From assembly GCF_006345805.1 (NCBI RefSeq), contig NC_043019.1, positions 2,356,001 to 2,420,000 of the forward strand: a DNA stretch of 64,000 nt, written 5' to 3'. Below are positions 1 through 12,696 of the stretch, piece by piece (the stretch's first letter is position 1; each line of letters opens with the position of its first letter). A model generated the notes under the pieces. That model ran no database searches. It saw only the letters and a program-made list of their open reading frames with translations, and was not told the origin of the DNA. Source of the stretch: Octopus sinensis. Its lineage: Eukaryota. The position numbers were made by a program, and so were the translations under genes.

Positions 1-380
1 CCAATCTCCGACTTCGCCTGTCTCTACGGCCCCTTCCATCTGTCCTTCTGCAACGGCGCTTGCGGTGGTTTGGCCATGCATGTAGGCGTCCGGTGGGGGA
101 ACTGAGCCGTGATGTCCTTCTTCCAACTCCACTTCCCAACTGGTGGAAACGCGCGGGCGGGTAGCTGAAGACCTGGGCTGCGACGATCAAGGAGGACCTC
201 TCCGTGCTCACGGGACCGCAGGTGGTCGGCCTGCGCCGATGGAACCGTGACTGGCTCGCTATCTCCAGTGAACTGGCGCAGGACCGTCGTGCGTGGGCTG
301 CCATGGTTCGAGATGCTCGAGGGTGGTAGAAGAAGCCGACTCAACCCGCCCAGGGTCAATGTCGCCACAAGTACAAGTAA
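1..380 (+). mobile_element. RTE-clade LINE, 3' end (ORF2 C-terminus plus CAAGTA/TAAG tail), decayed
   Basis: Frame +3 reads QRRLRWFGHACRR...GG*LKTWAATIKEDL...RDWLAISSELAQDRRAWAAMVRD, typical of RTE ORF2 ends; one internal stop; short tandem tail. Confidence 0.8.
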
Positions 381-679
381 GTAAGATCAACGATCACCTA
401 GAAGCTCATTCATTGGTTCATTTTTATGAAACGTTCTTGTAGATGTCGGGCAGTCATGATCGAGTAGACCATTAGGGCATTATTGCCGAACCCTTTTCGA
501 CTGTTAAATATATACAGAACTACATAAACAAATGTTTCTCTTTATTATTATTATTATTATTGAAGACATCAGTATGCGATTTTAGAGGAATTTGACTGCT
601 ATTTCTTGTCCGTTCATCTCACATAAGCATCACCTATATATGGCCTTGTTAATAAGAATTTTGCATTACGGTTATGTTA

Positions 680-915
680 TCACGGTTCGATTCCAAGATG
701 AGGCGCCATATGGATGTGTCTTCTCCAGTAACCTCGAATCAACCTAACCGTTCCGAATACAACTAGGAGATGGAAGCTGTGGGAAAGTTCATTGGATGGA
801 CCATAATTGTAATTGGGTGCTGACAGGTTTTCATCTGTCACCCGGCCAGGCACCGCTCCCTGGCTTATCAATGTTTCCAGCAAAGTACTCTCCTTTGCAA
901 GTATTTGAAACAGGT
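680..915 (-). CDS. Candidate host-gene exon, product unknown
   Basis: Non-repetitive, GC-richer island; acceptor ttcttAG at 917-916; open frame DLFQILAKESTLLETLISQGAVPGRVTDENLSAPNYNYGPSNELSHSFHLLVVFGT(VRLIRGYWRRHIHMAPHLGIEP*); possible donor acg|GTTAGG near 752. No homolog recognised. Confidence 0.35.
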
Positions 916-1317
916 CTAAGAATATTTTAATTTTTTGACGTGCTGCTATCTACAATAATCTCGTTTTCTTCCTTCATCCCTCCTCTGATCATGGCGAGAT
1001 TGCAGTGGTCCACAGAACGACACACGCTGATTATAGTTATGACGTCATACAATGTAATGATACCAATAATTAAAAAAATACTTATTACTTGACTATTTTA
1101 TCTAGCTACTAGTAAATACCGATTTTAGGAGCAGATTATCGCAAAAGGCAGTGGGATAATAGTATTAAAAGTATATGGTTAATCTGGATTATTGATCACA
1201 AAGTTGAGCGAAGTGTAATCAGGAGAGACACTCTTGCCTGACCAACATAATTAATTCACATTGATGACTACTTTAGAGGGTAGGTTTCATAAAATTGATT
1301 CTATTTCCGTTGTTTAC

Positions 1318-1535
1318 ATACGGGGATCGGCCGAAAAGTTGATAAACTGACCAAGATACTCTCAGGGAATGTGACCAAAGACCAAATGACGTATATTTTC
1401 CAAACATAGCACTCCTTGAGGTCCACACATGTCTTCTATCCGCGTTGTATTCCATTGGCTAAGAAGCTTTCATCTTGTTGGTCACACAAGTCATCAGCAG
1501 TAGATATGACGTCATCATCACTGCAGTACCGATAA
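1318..1535 (-). mobile_element. Mariner transposase C-terminal relic with degenerate TIR
   Basis: Minus translation SDDDVISTADDLCDQQDESFLANGIQ..KTCVDLKECYV resembles mariner C-termini. Confidence 0.65.
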
Positions 1536-2091
1536 TATTGGTTTACTTTGAAAAGGCAAACAATGACCCTATTTTTAAGGTGAAACTAAAAGTCGTGATA
1601 TCAATATCTTTTAAAAATACATTAACTATATTGTTATTTCAATTTGCTTCAGCTTGATGTCGAAACAGATCATATTACGAAACATATAATAATGTTATTT
1701 GTTTCAACAAACTAATATATATCGGACGTTCGCCTTTCAGTTTTTTCAGAGTGTGTCTAACTTATGATTTTTCGGGGTTGTTTTTGTTTTGATTTTTTTT
1801 TTTGCTCTTTTGTTTTTTTTTTTTTTCACTTATTTTCTCAGTTCCTGTGAACGAGCTGCAAAGTTCCAAGAAATTCATATTGCGCACACTCGCATACTCG
1901 CGCGCATACACTCAGCACGCACGCTCCTATTTATATAGCTGTCAAACCTACAGATGTGGGTCCTAGTTGTATGAGAAGCCTTTGAATTTTTCTATTCAAA
2001 AGCGGTTTTCAACCCAATAGTTATATGCTATTATTTATAGCTTTATGTGATTCGTGACTCTGTTCCAAAAGAATTACGCTAACTCTTTTTA

Positions 2092-2160
<69 letters not shown>

Positions 2161-2859
2161 ATACTCACACACATATTCACACAAACACACATACATATTA
2201 CATGTTTCAGTCATTGGACTGCAGCCATGTTGAGACACTACCTTGAAGGGTTAAGTCGAATGAATTGACCCCAATACTTTTGTTTAAGCCTGGTACTGGA
2301 GGTATTACTGGTACCAGTATTGACAGAAAGGGGATGTCACAGCTGTAATATGTGGTCGTATTGGTAGTGGTATGGTGAGTAGCATTAACGTCAGTATTAT
2401 TGAATTGGGTAAGATATCTAAGGGTTCTATTATTGGTATTAGGTGAGTTGAGATGGGGTTCAGAGGGAGAGATTGCAGGCACTAACGTCAGGCGGTGAAG
2501 TTTGCGTCTATTAGAGAAGGCAGTTATATATCATAAGTTAATATTGATGGAGTAATCAAGTTGAAGATGGGCCAAAGTGGATGAAAGAAGAATAATAGTA
2601 GGAGAGTTTCTAGACCGTAAAGTTTTGCGGATCCAGGAGCACGCTTAATTGCAATTATTTATTGTGCACTTTGTTCAATTATTTCCTCTTTTACTTGTTT
2701 CAGTCATTTGACTGCAGCATCACTTTAATGCGAAAAATAATAACGAAAATTAAAATGCTGAACACTACAATGTATAGAAAAGTAAAGACGAACTCAGATT
2801 ATCACTCATTTGAATTTCTGAGCGACGGTACTTTACCACTGAAATCACCATACTCTCTT

Positions 2860-2890
2860 TTGTCATTATATATATATATATTATATATAT

Positions 2891-2927
<37 letters not shown>

Positions 2928-3240
2928 AATGTTGAATTTGTATATAATATATAAAATTAGAGTTTGGAGTTATACTCCATGATATTATTATTATATATGT
3001 GTATATATATTATATACATATATACATATATATACATATATATACATATATATATATGCTCCCTAATATTATTATTATATATGTGTATATATATATATTT
3101 ACATATATATATACATATATATACATATTTACATATATATATATACGTATATATACACACACATACATACATATATACGTATATATATACACACACATAC
3201 ATACATATATATATATATATATAATATATATAATATATAT
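2860..3240. repeat. Compound (TA)n/(TACA)n microsatellite
   Basis: Direct reading. Confidence 0.95.
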
Positions 3241-3377
3241 ATGGAGTTAAAACGCAGGGTTATTCAAATTATTTTACTTCCGACACATGTTTCGAAGGTA
3301 TCTCTGGTATTATTCCAGAGGAATAAATTGGTGTTGTAAATTGTTAACAAGGGAAAAATACACACACACACATATAT

Positions 3378-3444
<67 letters not shown>

Positions 3445-3593
3445 ATTAAAATTATAACTTAGGGTATCTACGAGATACCACCATGCTGAAAATAGCAGCC
3501 ATGATTTGACTCTAAAATCACCTTAAGTGTTCATATAGCAAACGGAGAGGAGACGAAAAAGACAAATTAAAACTAGTAAAAAATTACTGGATA

Positions 3594-3652
3594 ATTCCAG
3601 ATCCCGGATTTTTGGCTTTGCATTTAGAAATGCTTTTCCTCATCAGTGGAAT
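3594..3652 (-). ncRNA. Degenerate type I hammerhead-ribozyme-like motif
   Basis: ATTCCA-CTGATGA-stem II (GCATTT/AAATGC)-AAAAA-TCCGGGAT-C-TGGAAT; perfect 6-bp stem I; the conserved G12 appears mutated to A. Confidence 0.55.
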
Positions 3653-3672
3653 ATACGCAGAGGGAAACATAA

Positions 3673-3716
<44 letters not shown>

Positions 3717-3869
3717 AACATACGAATACTTACATATACGAACGTATACGACATATATATGCACGTATGCATCATGACTAGATCAAATTGCCCGCTTCTT
3801 GATAAGATCGTTATTTTATTTCAAATTAACGATATTATCCTTATTATATAAATTATTATATATATATAC

Positions 3870-3911
<42 letters not shown>

Positions 3912-3929
3912 AATATATATATATATATG

Positions 3930-4318
3930 CTATTCTTTTATTTTTACGCGTTTTAGTCATTTGACCACGGCGATGTTGTAGCACCGCCTTTTAGTCAAAC
4001 AAATCAAGTCCAGGAATTATTCTTTGTAAGCTTGATACTTATTCTATCGGAATCTTTTGCCGAACCGCTAAGTCACAGTGATGTAACATTAATTGTCAAG
4101 AGATGGTGGGAGGACAAACACAGACACACAAATACATGCATATATATATATATATATATATATATAACGGGATTCTTTCAGTTTCCGTCGACCAAATCCA
4201 CTCACAAGTCTTTGGTGGGCCTGAGGCTATAGTAGAAGACACTTTCTTTCCCAAGGTTCCACGCAGTGCGACTGAACCCGTGGTTAGCAAGCTTCCTACC
4301 ACACAGCCACTTCTGCGC
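3930..4318 (-). mobile_element. SINE family A (tRNA-like head, internal (TA)n/(TG)n, CR1-like 3' tail)
   Basis: Matches copies at 11190-11590, 29350-29760, 31765-32176, 39058-39467, 42157-42560, 46661-47025, 48083-48445 and 63570-64000; partial copies at 2190, 5995, 7990, 13660, 14670, 29200, 34910 and 44010. Confidence 0.9.
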
Positions 4319-4325
4319 ATATACA

Positions 4326-4380
<55 letters not shown>

Positions 4381-5083
4381 TGTGTGTGCGTGTGTGTGAC
4401 AAAAAAGGTGTATTTCCATGCAGGAAAATATATAGGAAAATTTGTTGCTGAAGATGCACCTATATTTGAAAACTTGTAATTGTTTTTGAATAAATTGATT
4501 TACATACATACCAAACTAGTTTCAACAATATTTTTTGTTTATCAATGGTAAAAATTTTAAATTATGAATTAGAAAAACATGTTTAAAAGATTCGATGTTT
4601 ACAATTTCCAGTAATATCAAATATGATTTAAATGTTCACAACATTCAGTTATATAAAAATGTGGACCATCTTGTACAAAATTCAATAGTGTTAGAAGTGA
4701 TCGATAAGAAATATGGATCACCAAAGGTTCGGACGTATGAGTTAAGAGGGAGAAAAACAAGGGAGAAATGAAGATAGTAAAAAAAGGGTTTTGTTTAGAG
4801 TTTCTGTGATTCTTTTTCCGTCGTGTGCAGGAACGTCCGCTTGTAACGGAGTTTTTTTGGAATCCGGTGTATTTATAATTTTTTCCGTGAACGGATCTGA
4901 TTTTTGATTCGTTAAATTACTGGTAACGTCTTATTTTTCTGGTGGTCAAGTTTATCGTTCTGTCTTGTTGGCTTCTCTGTGGGGAACGGTCATCAGCCGT
5001 TCCGGTTGGTTGATATTCTTAAAGGGTCATTTTGTTGTATTTACTGTAGTTCGGTTTTGATCGGAAGTAAAATTTCATCGTTC

Positions 5084-5457
5084 TCATCATCATCATCATT
5101 GTTCAACCGTGGTCGAGACAATGGAATTTACCATGCTACGCCAGACTTCACGGTCCATCATAGCATTACGTAGGTCCTGTTGCTGGATGCTTGTATCCCT
5201 GGGGATTACATCCTGGGTAGGAGAGTGTGCGCCCTCTGGTATCGCGAGTAGATGGCTTCCAGAGGAGAAGAGCAGAAATTGCCTCGTTTTCAGCTCTACA
5301 ACAATGTCCAGCAAACTCGACTCTCTTACCTTTCACAAGAGATGACACAGGTGGTAGTTTCCCATATATTTGTACTTTGGTTGGATGACGCTTCCACGAG
5401 AGATTTTGAGCTCTCATAAGGAGGCGAGTGTAGGTTCCATCCAACCGCCTCTCAAGC
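5084..5457 (-). mobile_element. RTE-type LINE 3' fragment with (TGA)n tail
   Basis: DGTYTRLLMRAQNLSWKRHPT...FAGHCCRAENE, frameshift, DVIPRDT...AMMDREVWRSMV; CATCAT tail on the + strand. Confidence 0.85.
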
Positions 5458-6104
5458 TTCTTTGATAATCGTTCTAGAGTTAGGTGACGTCAGCAACTTG
5501 TGTTTGTAAAATTTCATTAGTCTAGAGTTAGGTGACGTCAGCATCTGGTGTTTGTATGGTGTTATTGTATGGTGATTTAGAGTTGCGGTTTCGAAACCCA
5601 CGTGGAAGATTAAAGTTTTTTTTAATTATATCTCTTGTATCTGGTTGTTTACTGTAGAGAAAGACTGTCAGTATGGTTTTTTGAATTATGTCTTTTGTAA
5701 CTGGTTGATTTCTTTTGTGGTGTATTATTAAAATTTAGTTACGTAGGCGCTGATGTCGATATCCATATCATTGCCTGCAACTGCTGAAGTATTTCTTTCT
5801 TAGATATTTATATGTTTGGTGACTGACGCTTTTTTAATTGTTTACAGTTTACCAGAAATTCAAACCAATTTTCAATTTTCTGCTATTGTTAGAAAAATAA
5901 AATAACAACATCCATTATTTATTTTTCTCTTCAAAATTCTTTTCTCAAATTTATGTTTTCAAACACAGAATGCAAACTCTCAAGCACATACATACACACA
6001 AATATGCATATAAATACGCGGGCAAGAGTTTTCCTGCAATAGCGGTAGGTCGACCAAAACCTTGACAGAGGATTTTGCAGACAGAAACCAAAAGACATCC
6101 GTCG

Positions 6105-6215
<111 letters not shown>

Positions 6216-6224
6216 AAGTTAATC

Positions 6225-6420
6225 CAAACATGAAAACACAAAGAGAAAACCCAACAATGCGAGGACGTGGAACAAGTATAATGTTATTGGATGCTCAGGA
6301 AAGGAAAGAAAGAATGAGGATTTAACGTTTCGAGCGGAGCTCTTCGTCAGAACATAGAAAAAGGAAAGATCCAAAGAAAGGAAGACGGAGGGAAAAAAAT
6401 CGCCAACGGTAGAAACGCGG
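6225..6420 (-). mobile_element. Short Penelope-pLTR-like repeat carrying a hammerhead-like motif
   Basis: Minus strand CTGACGA-A-GAGC-TCC-GCTC-GAAAC-GTT at 6350-6324; second copy at 39545-39735. Confidence 0.65.
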
Positions 6421-6461
6421 TCATATATTTATATTATATATATATATATATATATATATTA

Positions 6462-6498
<37 letters not shown>

Positions 6499-6559
6499 AC
6501 ATATATATATATATAATATATATATATATATTTGTGTGTATGTATGTATGTATGTATGT

Positions 6560-7580
6560 GGCGTGGTCTGATTGATAAGTATCCGGACTGTTGCTATCCT
6601 AATGAAGCTAAAGTATGGAAAATAAGGCTGCTTAGCACAGATCGATCTTCAGCTCTGCTTTTGCTAAGTTTTAATGTTCTTGCTCACATCCGTTGTTTAC
6701 AGCAGTGCTTGGAATGAAAATCATCGCATGGACCATGACAGAGAAAGTTGATCAGAGAATCTACATCAAATTTTGCCAAAAGCTTGGCGGTACATGCTCA
6801 GAGGCCTACGCAAAGTTTTCAAAGTTTTCATCATTCTCAACACAATCAAGCATATCTTGTCACCATCATCATTGTTCGACCGTGGCCGAGACAATGGAAT
6901 TTACCATGCTACGCCAGACTTCACGGTCCATCATAGCATTACGGAGGTCCTATTGCTGGATGCCTGTATCCTGGAGATTACAGGGATACAGGCATCCAGC
7001 AGATCTTGTACAACTGAAACCCAAGTGTCATTCTGGTCAGCTGAAAGCAGTTTTGACACAAACTTGGCAGACACGCGTCTAATACCCAAATCTTCAGTGA
7101 TAATGATCTGAACTGAACCGTAACTAATCTGCACATCCTCTGATAACACACATATGGTGATGCAACGATTTTCTCTCACAGCTGCACGCACATCTGCGAT
7201 GTTGTTTCAGTTCTGCTGGTTGCGGGTCTCCTAGAGCGTTCGTCAATATCAATATTTTTTCAGTCATGTTGGAAACGTCTGAACCACACTTGAATGCGGC
7301 TCATACACTCCTCATTCACTTTTTGTAACTTTGTGTAGTCCTCTGATCAGGTATCGCCATGACAACTTTCTCTGCCATGGTGAATACGACGATCACACGC
7401 TATACACGTTCCTTCTAAGCACTGCTGTAGACAGCAGAAGTGAGCTAGAACGTTAAAACTTAATGCGCATGCACAGCAGAGGTCATGGTCAAGGTCAATA
7501 TGTGCCAAGCATCTTCACTCTGCGTGCTTTAGTGCCGTTACTATGGCGACAGTCCGGATACTTATTGATCAGACCTCGTA
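6560..7580. mobile_element. Non-autonomous mariner made of two inverted 5' halves, interrupted by an RTE fragment
   Basis: TIRs GGTCTGAT(T/C)(G/A)ATAAGTATCCGGACTGT at both ends; the transposase N-terminus M(T/A)EKV is read inward from both ends. Confidence 0.8.
6860..7000 (-). mobile_element. 5'-truncated RTE LINE insertion, same family as 5084-5457
   Basis: Near-identical to 5090-5200; flanked by an approximately 11-bp TSD-like GCA(T/G)ATCTTGT. Confidence 0.8.
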
Positions 7581-8489
7581 TAAATATTTGTGTGTGAGAG
7601 AGAGAGAGAAAGTATTTCTTTATTCACCATAAGGTTGAGAAAAAGAGGGGACAATACAGGGACTGATAAAACAAAAACGTTGGGGTCATGGTATCGAATG
7701 AGACGAAACTTATGAATAAACAAACAATAAAAAATATACAATTAAATGAGAATGAGTGATTAACAAAAAATGAAGCGGAGGACGCGGTTGACCCCACAAA
7801 CCATATACTCACACTGAAGACTTTGAGAGGGCAGGCAGACAGACAGAGAACAAATAGTGAGGGTTTATCAAGCCGGGCAAAATACTTCATAAGCTCTCTG
7901 TTGGCACACCAGGCTAACTCAGTTCTCCTTAAATTAATTAGACTGTGGCCAGCTGGGTCACCGCCTTGAAGAATTTTTAGTCGAATGTATACATATATAC
8001 GAAAGGCTTCTGTCAGTTTCCGTCTACCATATCCACTCACAAGGCTTTGGTGTCCCGAAGCTATAGCGGAAAACTCTTGCCCAAGGTATCACAGTGGCAT
8101 TGAACCCGGAACCATATACTTGGAATCAATATTCTCACCACACATTCCAGAAATAATTTCCCCTTTCTTTGAAAAAGCAAACAATTGCCACTGGATTTTG
8201 ACTTTCTTTCTCCAGCTAAGTGGCAAAACTTCTGCTTCATTTGTATTTTTGCGTATGTCATCTGTATATAACCACCCCTTCCTGATTTCTTTTACTTCAC
8301 GCCATTGACTCACTTGACTTGTTTCATTTAGCTTAATTTTATGTGTGTGTGTGTGTGTATGCGTGTGTGTATGCGTGTGCATGCGTGCGTGTGTATACAT
8401 ACGTACATGCATACAGACATGCATACATACATGAATACATACATATATATACATACATAACGCTCTAACAACTCTTAAGTACTTCCTAG

Positions 8490-9070
8490 ACTGTCGCCCC
8501 TAACTGTACCTAGCACTGCAACATTCCTCTGTTTAACCGAGCTCGTCTCAAATCTTAATTGCTTTCCTTTCTCTGGGGAATTTTGCAAACAACTCAGCAG
8601 GGTCGCTATGGGAATTAGGATGGGCTCCAATTATGCAAACCTCTTTGTCTGCCACGTTAAAGAGCAAATCTTTCCCCAGTTCACCGGTCGCATCCAAAAT
8701 CTGTAAGGTTATTTATATTGAATACCCCGTCAGTTCTACCACCCTCACCACACAAGAGCTCAGTAGTTTTATTTCTTTCGATAACACCTTTCACCCGAAC
8801 ATGAAATTCACCACCATCGTGTCCTATACACCTTCATCCACTACAAGCCTACGAACTTCCACTCCTGTCTCTAATACTCTTCCTCTCACAAGCACTACAT
8901 TTGCCATATCATTCTCTCAAATTCTTCACCTTCTTCAGCTCTGCAGCATTGATTCGAATTTAGAATCTCAACGTCTAAGAATGCAACAATATTTCCTGAA
9001 TCAGTTGTGAACGTTGCACTTCGATGGACCCAACACATCGACCACGATACCGCTTTCCTACCAACTTTGT
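8490..9070 (+). mobile_element. Penelope-like element RT relic
   Basis: LTELVSNLNCFPFSGEFCKQLSRVAMGIRMGSNYANLFV resembles the PLE RT motif GVAMGxxxGPSYANLF; downstream SQxLHLLQLCS resembles PLE thumb; stops and frameshifts. Confidence 0.75.
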
Positions 9071-9149
9071 GCACCCCTACAAATCTGTATCTTGATTATT
9101 TGTCTGTCTCTTTATGCATGTATTAATCTCTCTTTATCCCTGTCTTTCT

Positions 9150-9345
9150 GTCTATCTGGACGGGGTGCCCACGAAGATTTTGATGAGCCTGGCTATCAAC
9201 ACCCGAACAGAATTTGAAATCAGAATGCAAAGATCCAGTACAGATACTGAACTACATGTCATACAATCCTCTAAAAGCAAACCCATCATTCAACTGCCCA
9301 GTAACAAAACTTTGTTTATCAACCCAAATAGAAGAAAGGCAAATT
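9150..9345 (+). mobile_element. Possible Tx1/L1 ORF1 relic
   Basis: LDGVPTKI...FEIRMQRSSTDTELHVIQ...IQLPSNKTLFI loosely aligns to the ORF1 relic at 30250-31155. Confidence 0.35.
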
Positions 9346-9659
9346 GAAGCTTGGTGGCATTTGGACTTATAGTCAGACATCAAGAACGAATACCGCATAG
9401 TATTTTTTCGCCACAAATTTATTCAAAGGTCAAATTTGTATTTCACTCATAATTTCGGAATTGCCCCTTATCCTCAGGCTCACTATCACACTTTAGATCT
9501 TCTCATTACCTTGCCACACTATAGCCCCTCTTGCAACCACACTATACACTCATGCACTATTACATCGTAGACCCTTCTACAAACAAATTCTCTACATCCT
9601 CTCATTGAGTTAATTTGTTTCAATGTATCAATGTGGGTGTCCTATTATTTATTATTTGT

Positions 9660-9900
9660 ACTTACGGCGGCGTTCATACAGGGTGATTTGAGCCGGCTAA
9701 GACCAACGAGTATACCACCAATACTGAACAGATACTCACCAATACTGGCCCAATCCGTCGGTCGGCCCTAACGTCCCAGCAGGCAAAATGATGCTTCTAC
9801 CTGCGGCCCGAAATTCCAGCTTGCAAAATATTGAAAAATGCCCCGTAGGGTGAGCAAGTGCGTCCGATTGCCCGGATGCTGTAGACGTAGTCGTTATTCG
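9660..9900. promoter_or_regulatory. Candidate promoter / first exon
   Basis: CpG-rich unique island; CCAAT at 9718, 9739 and 9750; minus-strand ATG AAC GCC GCC|GTAAGT perfect donor at 9665-9660. Confidence 0.35.
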
Positions 9901-10999
9901 TTGTTGAAGTGAAGAGTATATATATATATATATATATATGGGGTGGGGTGGGGGGAGGATGTATGTGTATGTGTGTGTGTGTGTTTGTTCTCTTCTTTTA
10001 CGGTTATCGTAGAAAAGACTGTCGCAAATGTGTTTCTCTAGGCCTGTGTATGCCTATGTATATGTAGGTTTATGAGTGTCTGCATCTATGTATGTATATG
10101 TGTGCGTCTAAACATATGTGTGTGTAAGAGAGAGACAGAGGATATATCTGATAGTCACCGCAAGAAGACAGAAGAGGAAATGCGAAAAGAAGATAGCGAA
10201 AGCAAAAAAGGGTTGTCTACAACGTGAGCGAAAGAGACAGATAAGAAGGGAAAGAGAAATAGAGAGACGAGAGACGGATCGGCTTTCATTGTAGCTTAAA
10301 ATAAAATGACATCAGGAAATAGCATCATAGAATTAATAATCATAAAACAATTCTCTTTTTCAAACCATCCCCCAAAATACATTTCTGTAAATCTACTTAG
10401 TGATTCGCTTTCTAGCACTTCAGCATTTTACAGAGAGGTTGTACTTCCGCTGATGAAGCTCACTGAAGCAGAAACATGACCGAAGTTGTCTGTCGCTTTT
10501 GCCGGTAAAACAAAACGTTAATATTAGTAATCAAGCCGCTTTATTTTTTTATTAACTCATATTTGTTCTTCTTCAAGTTTTTTCATCATTATTTTTTTAT
10601 TACTATTCCACGCTTACTTAGCTGTCATATAAGAAATCGTCAACAGGATGAGGGATAAGATATGTTGCAGATTTTAACCAGAGGAAGACAGACAATAATG
10701 GAAACCTATCGTGAGAAAGAAGGTGACAAAAATATAGTATATAATTCTTGAGGAGAGTGGTTGATTAGTGTCATTTAGTGAATATACTGCGCATTATCAT
10801 CATGCATATCTTCACATGATAATAATTATAAGCTTTAAGCTTATAATAATTATTATTATTTACAGAATTGTCCCTCGTCACCAGTATCTTTATACACACA
10901 CACGCAAAAAAAAAAATATATATATATATATATATGTTCTCCCCTACTGTCCCTCTCGTGTCTGACCACTGTCCGAAGTCAGGACGCCATGATAGATCG

Positions 11000-11175
11000 T
11001 TAGCTCCTACACGCATTTTTTCTCTCCTTGTTTTTTTCTGTGTATCTTTCTGTCGAAGAGCGTAGGCTCGAAACGTAAAAGACTTTTTCTATTCCTGAGC
11101 GCTATACTAATACATTTGTTTGTTTGTACTCCACCTGCCTTCGTCTTTTGTTTATTTTCGTAAACTTTGTCTTGT
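11000..11175 (+). mobile_element. Short Penelope-pLTR-like repeat with hammerhead-like motif (copy 1)
   Basis: TCTTT-CTGTCGA-A-GAGC-GTAG-GCTC-GAAAC-GTA-AAAGA at 11045-11082; second copy at 12075-12245. Confidence 0.65.
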
Positions 11176-11189
11176 ATATATATATATAT

Positions 11190-11590
11190 AGGAGTGGCTG
11201 TGTGGTAAGTAGCTTGCCTACCAACCACGGGGTTCCGGGTACAGTCACACTGCGTGACATCGTGGGCAAGTGTCTCTTACTATAGCCTCGGGCCGACCAA
11301 GCCTTGTTAGTGGATTTGGTAGACGGAAACTGAAAGAATCCCGTCGTATATATATATTTATGTGTGTTTGTACGTGTGTGTGTGTGTTTGTGTGTGTGTG
11401 TCTATCCTCCCACCATCGCTTGACAACCGATGCTGGTGTCTTTACGTCCCCGTAGCTTAATAGTTCGGCAAAAGACCTCGATAGAATAAGTACTAGGCTT
11501 ACACAGAATAAGTCCTGGGGTCGATATTTTCGACTAAAGGTCGTGCTCCTGTATGGCCGCAGTCAAATGACTGAAGCAAATAAAAAAATA
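11190..11590 (+). mobile_element. SINE family A, full length
   Basis: Box A TGGCTGTGTGG, box B-like GGTACAGTCAC, internal TA/TG tract, GCCGCAGTCAAATGACTGAA tail. Confidence 0.9.
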
Positions 11591-11901
11591 AAATAATATA
11601 TAAAGGGTAAAAATGATTTTTAAGAATAATTCATACTGGTGGCGAACAAGGGTAAAAAAATATCCGTAGACCATACATATTTTTATCATATATATACGTG
11701 TGTATAAAATTATATACGAAGGGAAGGAACACTATGTGATTTTCCTACATACTGAAAAGAGATGTCAAATCCCCAAGCACTCGATAGGCACGTGTGTCCT
11801 TTGTGATATGGAATGTATTCGAGCATTATAATTATGTCTCCCCAGCAGTTTCTGCTGAAGATCCATAGATGATTGATTCATCGATTAACTAATTAATTAA
11901 T

Positions 11902-11933
<32 letters not shown>

Positions 11934-12074
11934 TCATTAATGGTAAAACTTCGGATTATAGAAATAACTAGTCTTTTTAATTTCTTTCAACTTGTCCTGC
12001 TTGCCTACATTCAACATGCATAAATAAGAATGTTTTTCGGTGGTTTGGGGATTAGACATATTTTTTCAGCATGT

Positions 12075-12245
12075 AGGAAGACCACTACACACATTTTTTT
12101 CTCTCCTTGTTTTTTCTGTGTCCCTTTCGGTAGAAGAGCGTAGGCTCGAAACGTAAAAGACTTTTTCTATTCCTGAGCGTTATACTAATACATCTGTTTG
12201 TTTTGTTCACCACCTTCTTCGTCTTTTTTTTTTCGTAAACTCTCC
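12075..12245 (+). mobile_element. Short Penelope-pLTR-like repeat (copy 2)
   Basis: Highly similar to 11000-11175. Confidence 0.65.
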
Positions 12246-12260
12246 CTATATATATATATA

Positions 12261-12319
<59 letters not shown>

Positions 12320-12654
12320 GTTATCAGTAACAATAAAGGGTGAAATAATTAATTTGGAATAATTATTAATTACACCAAGTAGATTTCGGCATGTAAAAGC
12401 CTCATTCGAGGAAAATTTAAGTAATACTAAGCAATTAAGGGTGTAAAAGCGTAGGTGACTTAAAATTGTATGATAGATTGCCGTCATTTCATTCTCTCTT
12501 ACCTGTCTGTGTTTGCCTTTCAAGTGCTGTGTTTTTACTGTGATCTCCTTTTTAATAGAAAGAATAGCTATAACTCTTTGACTGCTATTTCTAAATTCGG
12601 TGTGTGGTGAGGCAATTCGTTGCTAAACCCTTAATTGCTTAGTATATATATATA

Positions 12655-12696
<42 letters not shown>

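Noticed and set aside
10431-10504. Small exon encoding MTEVVCRFC
   Set aside because: Overlaps a hammerhead-like relic and has a weak donor
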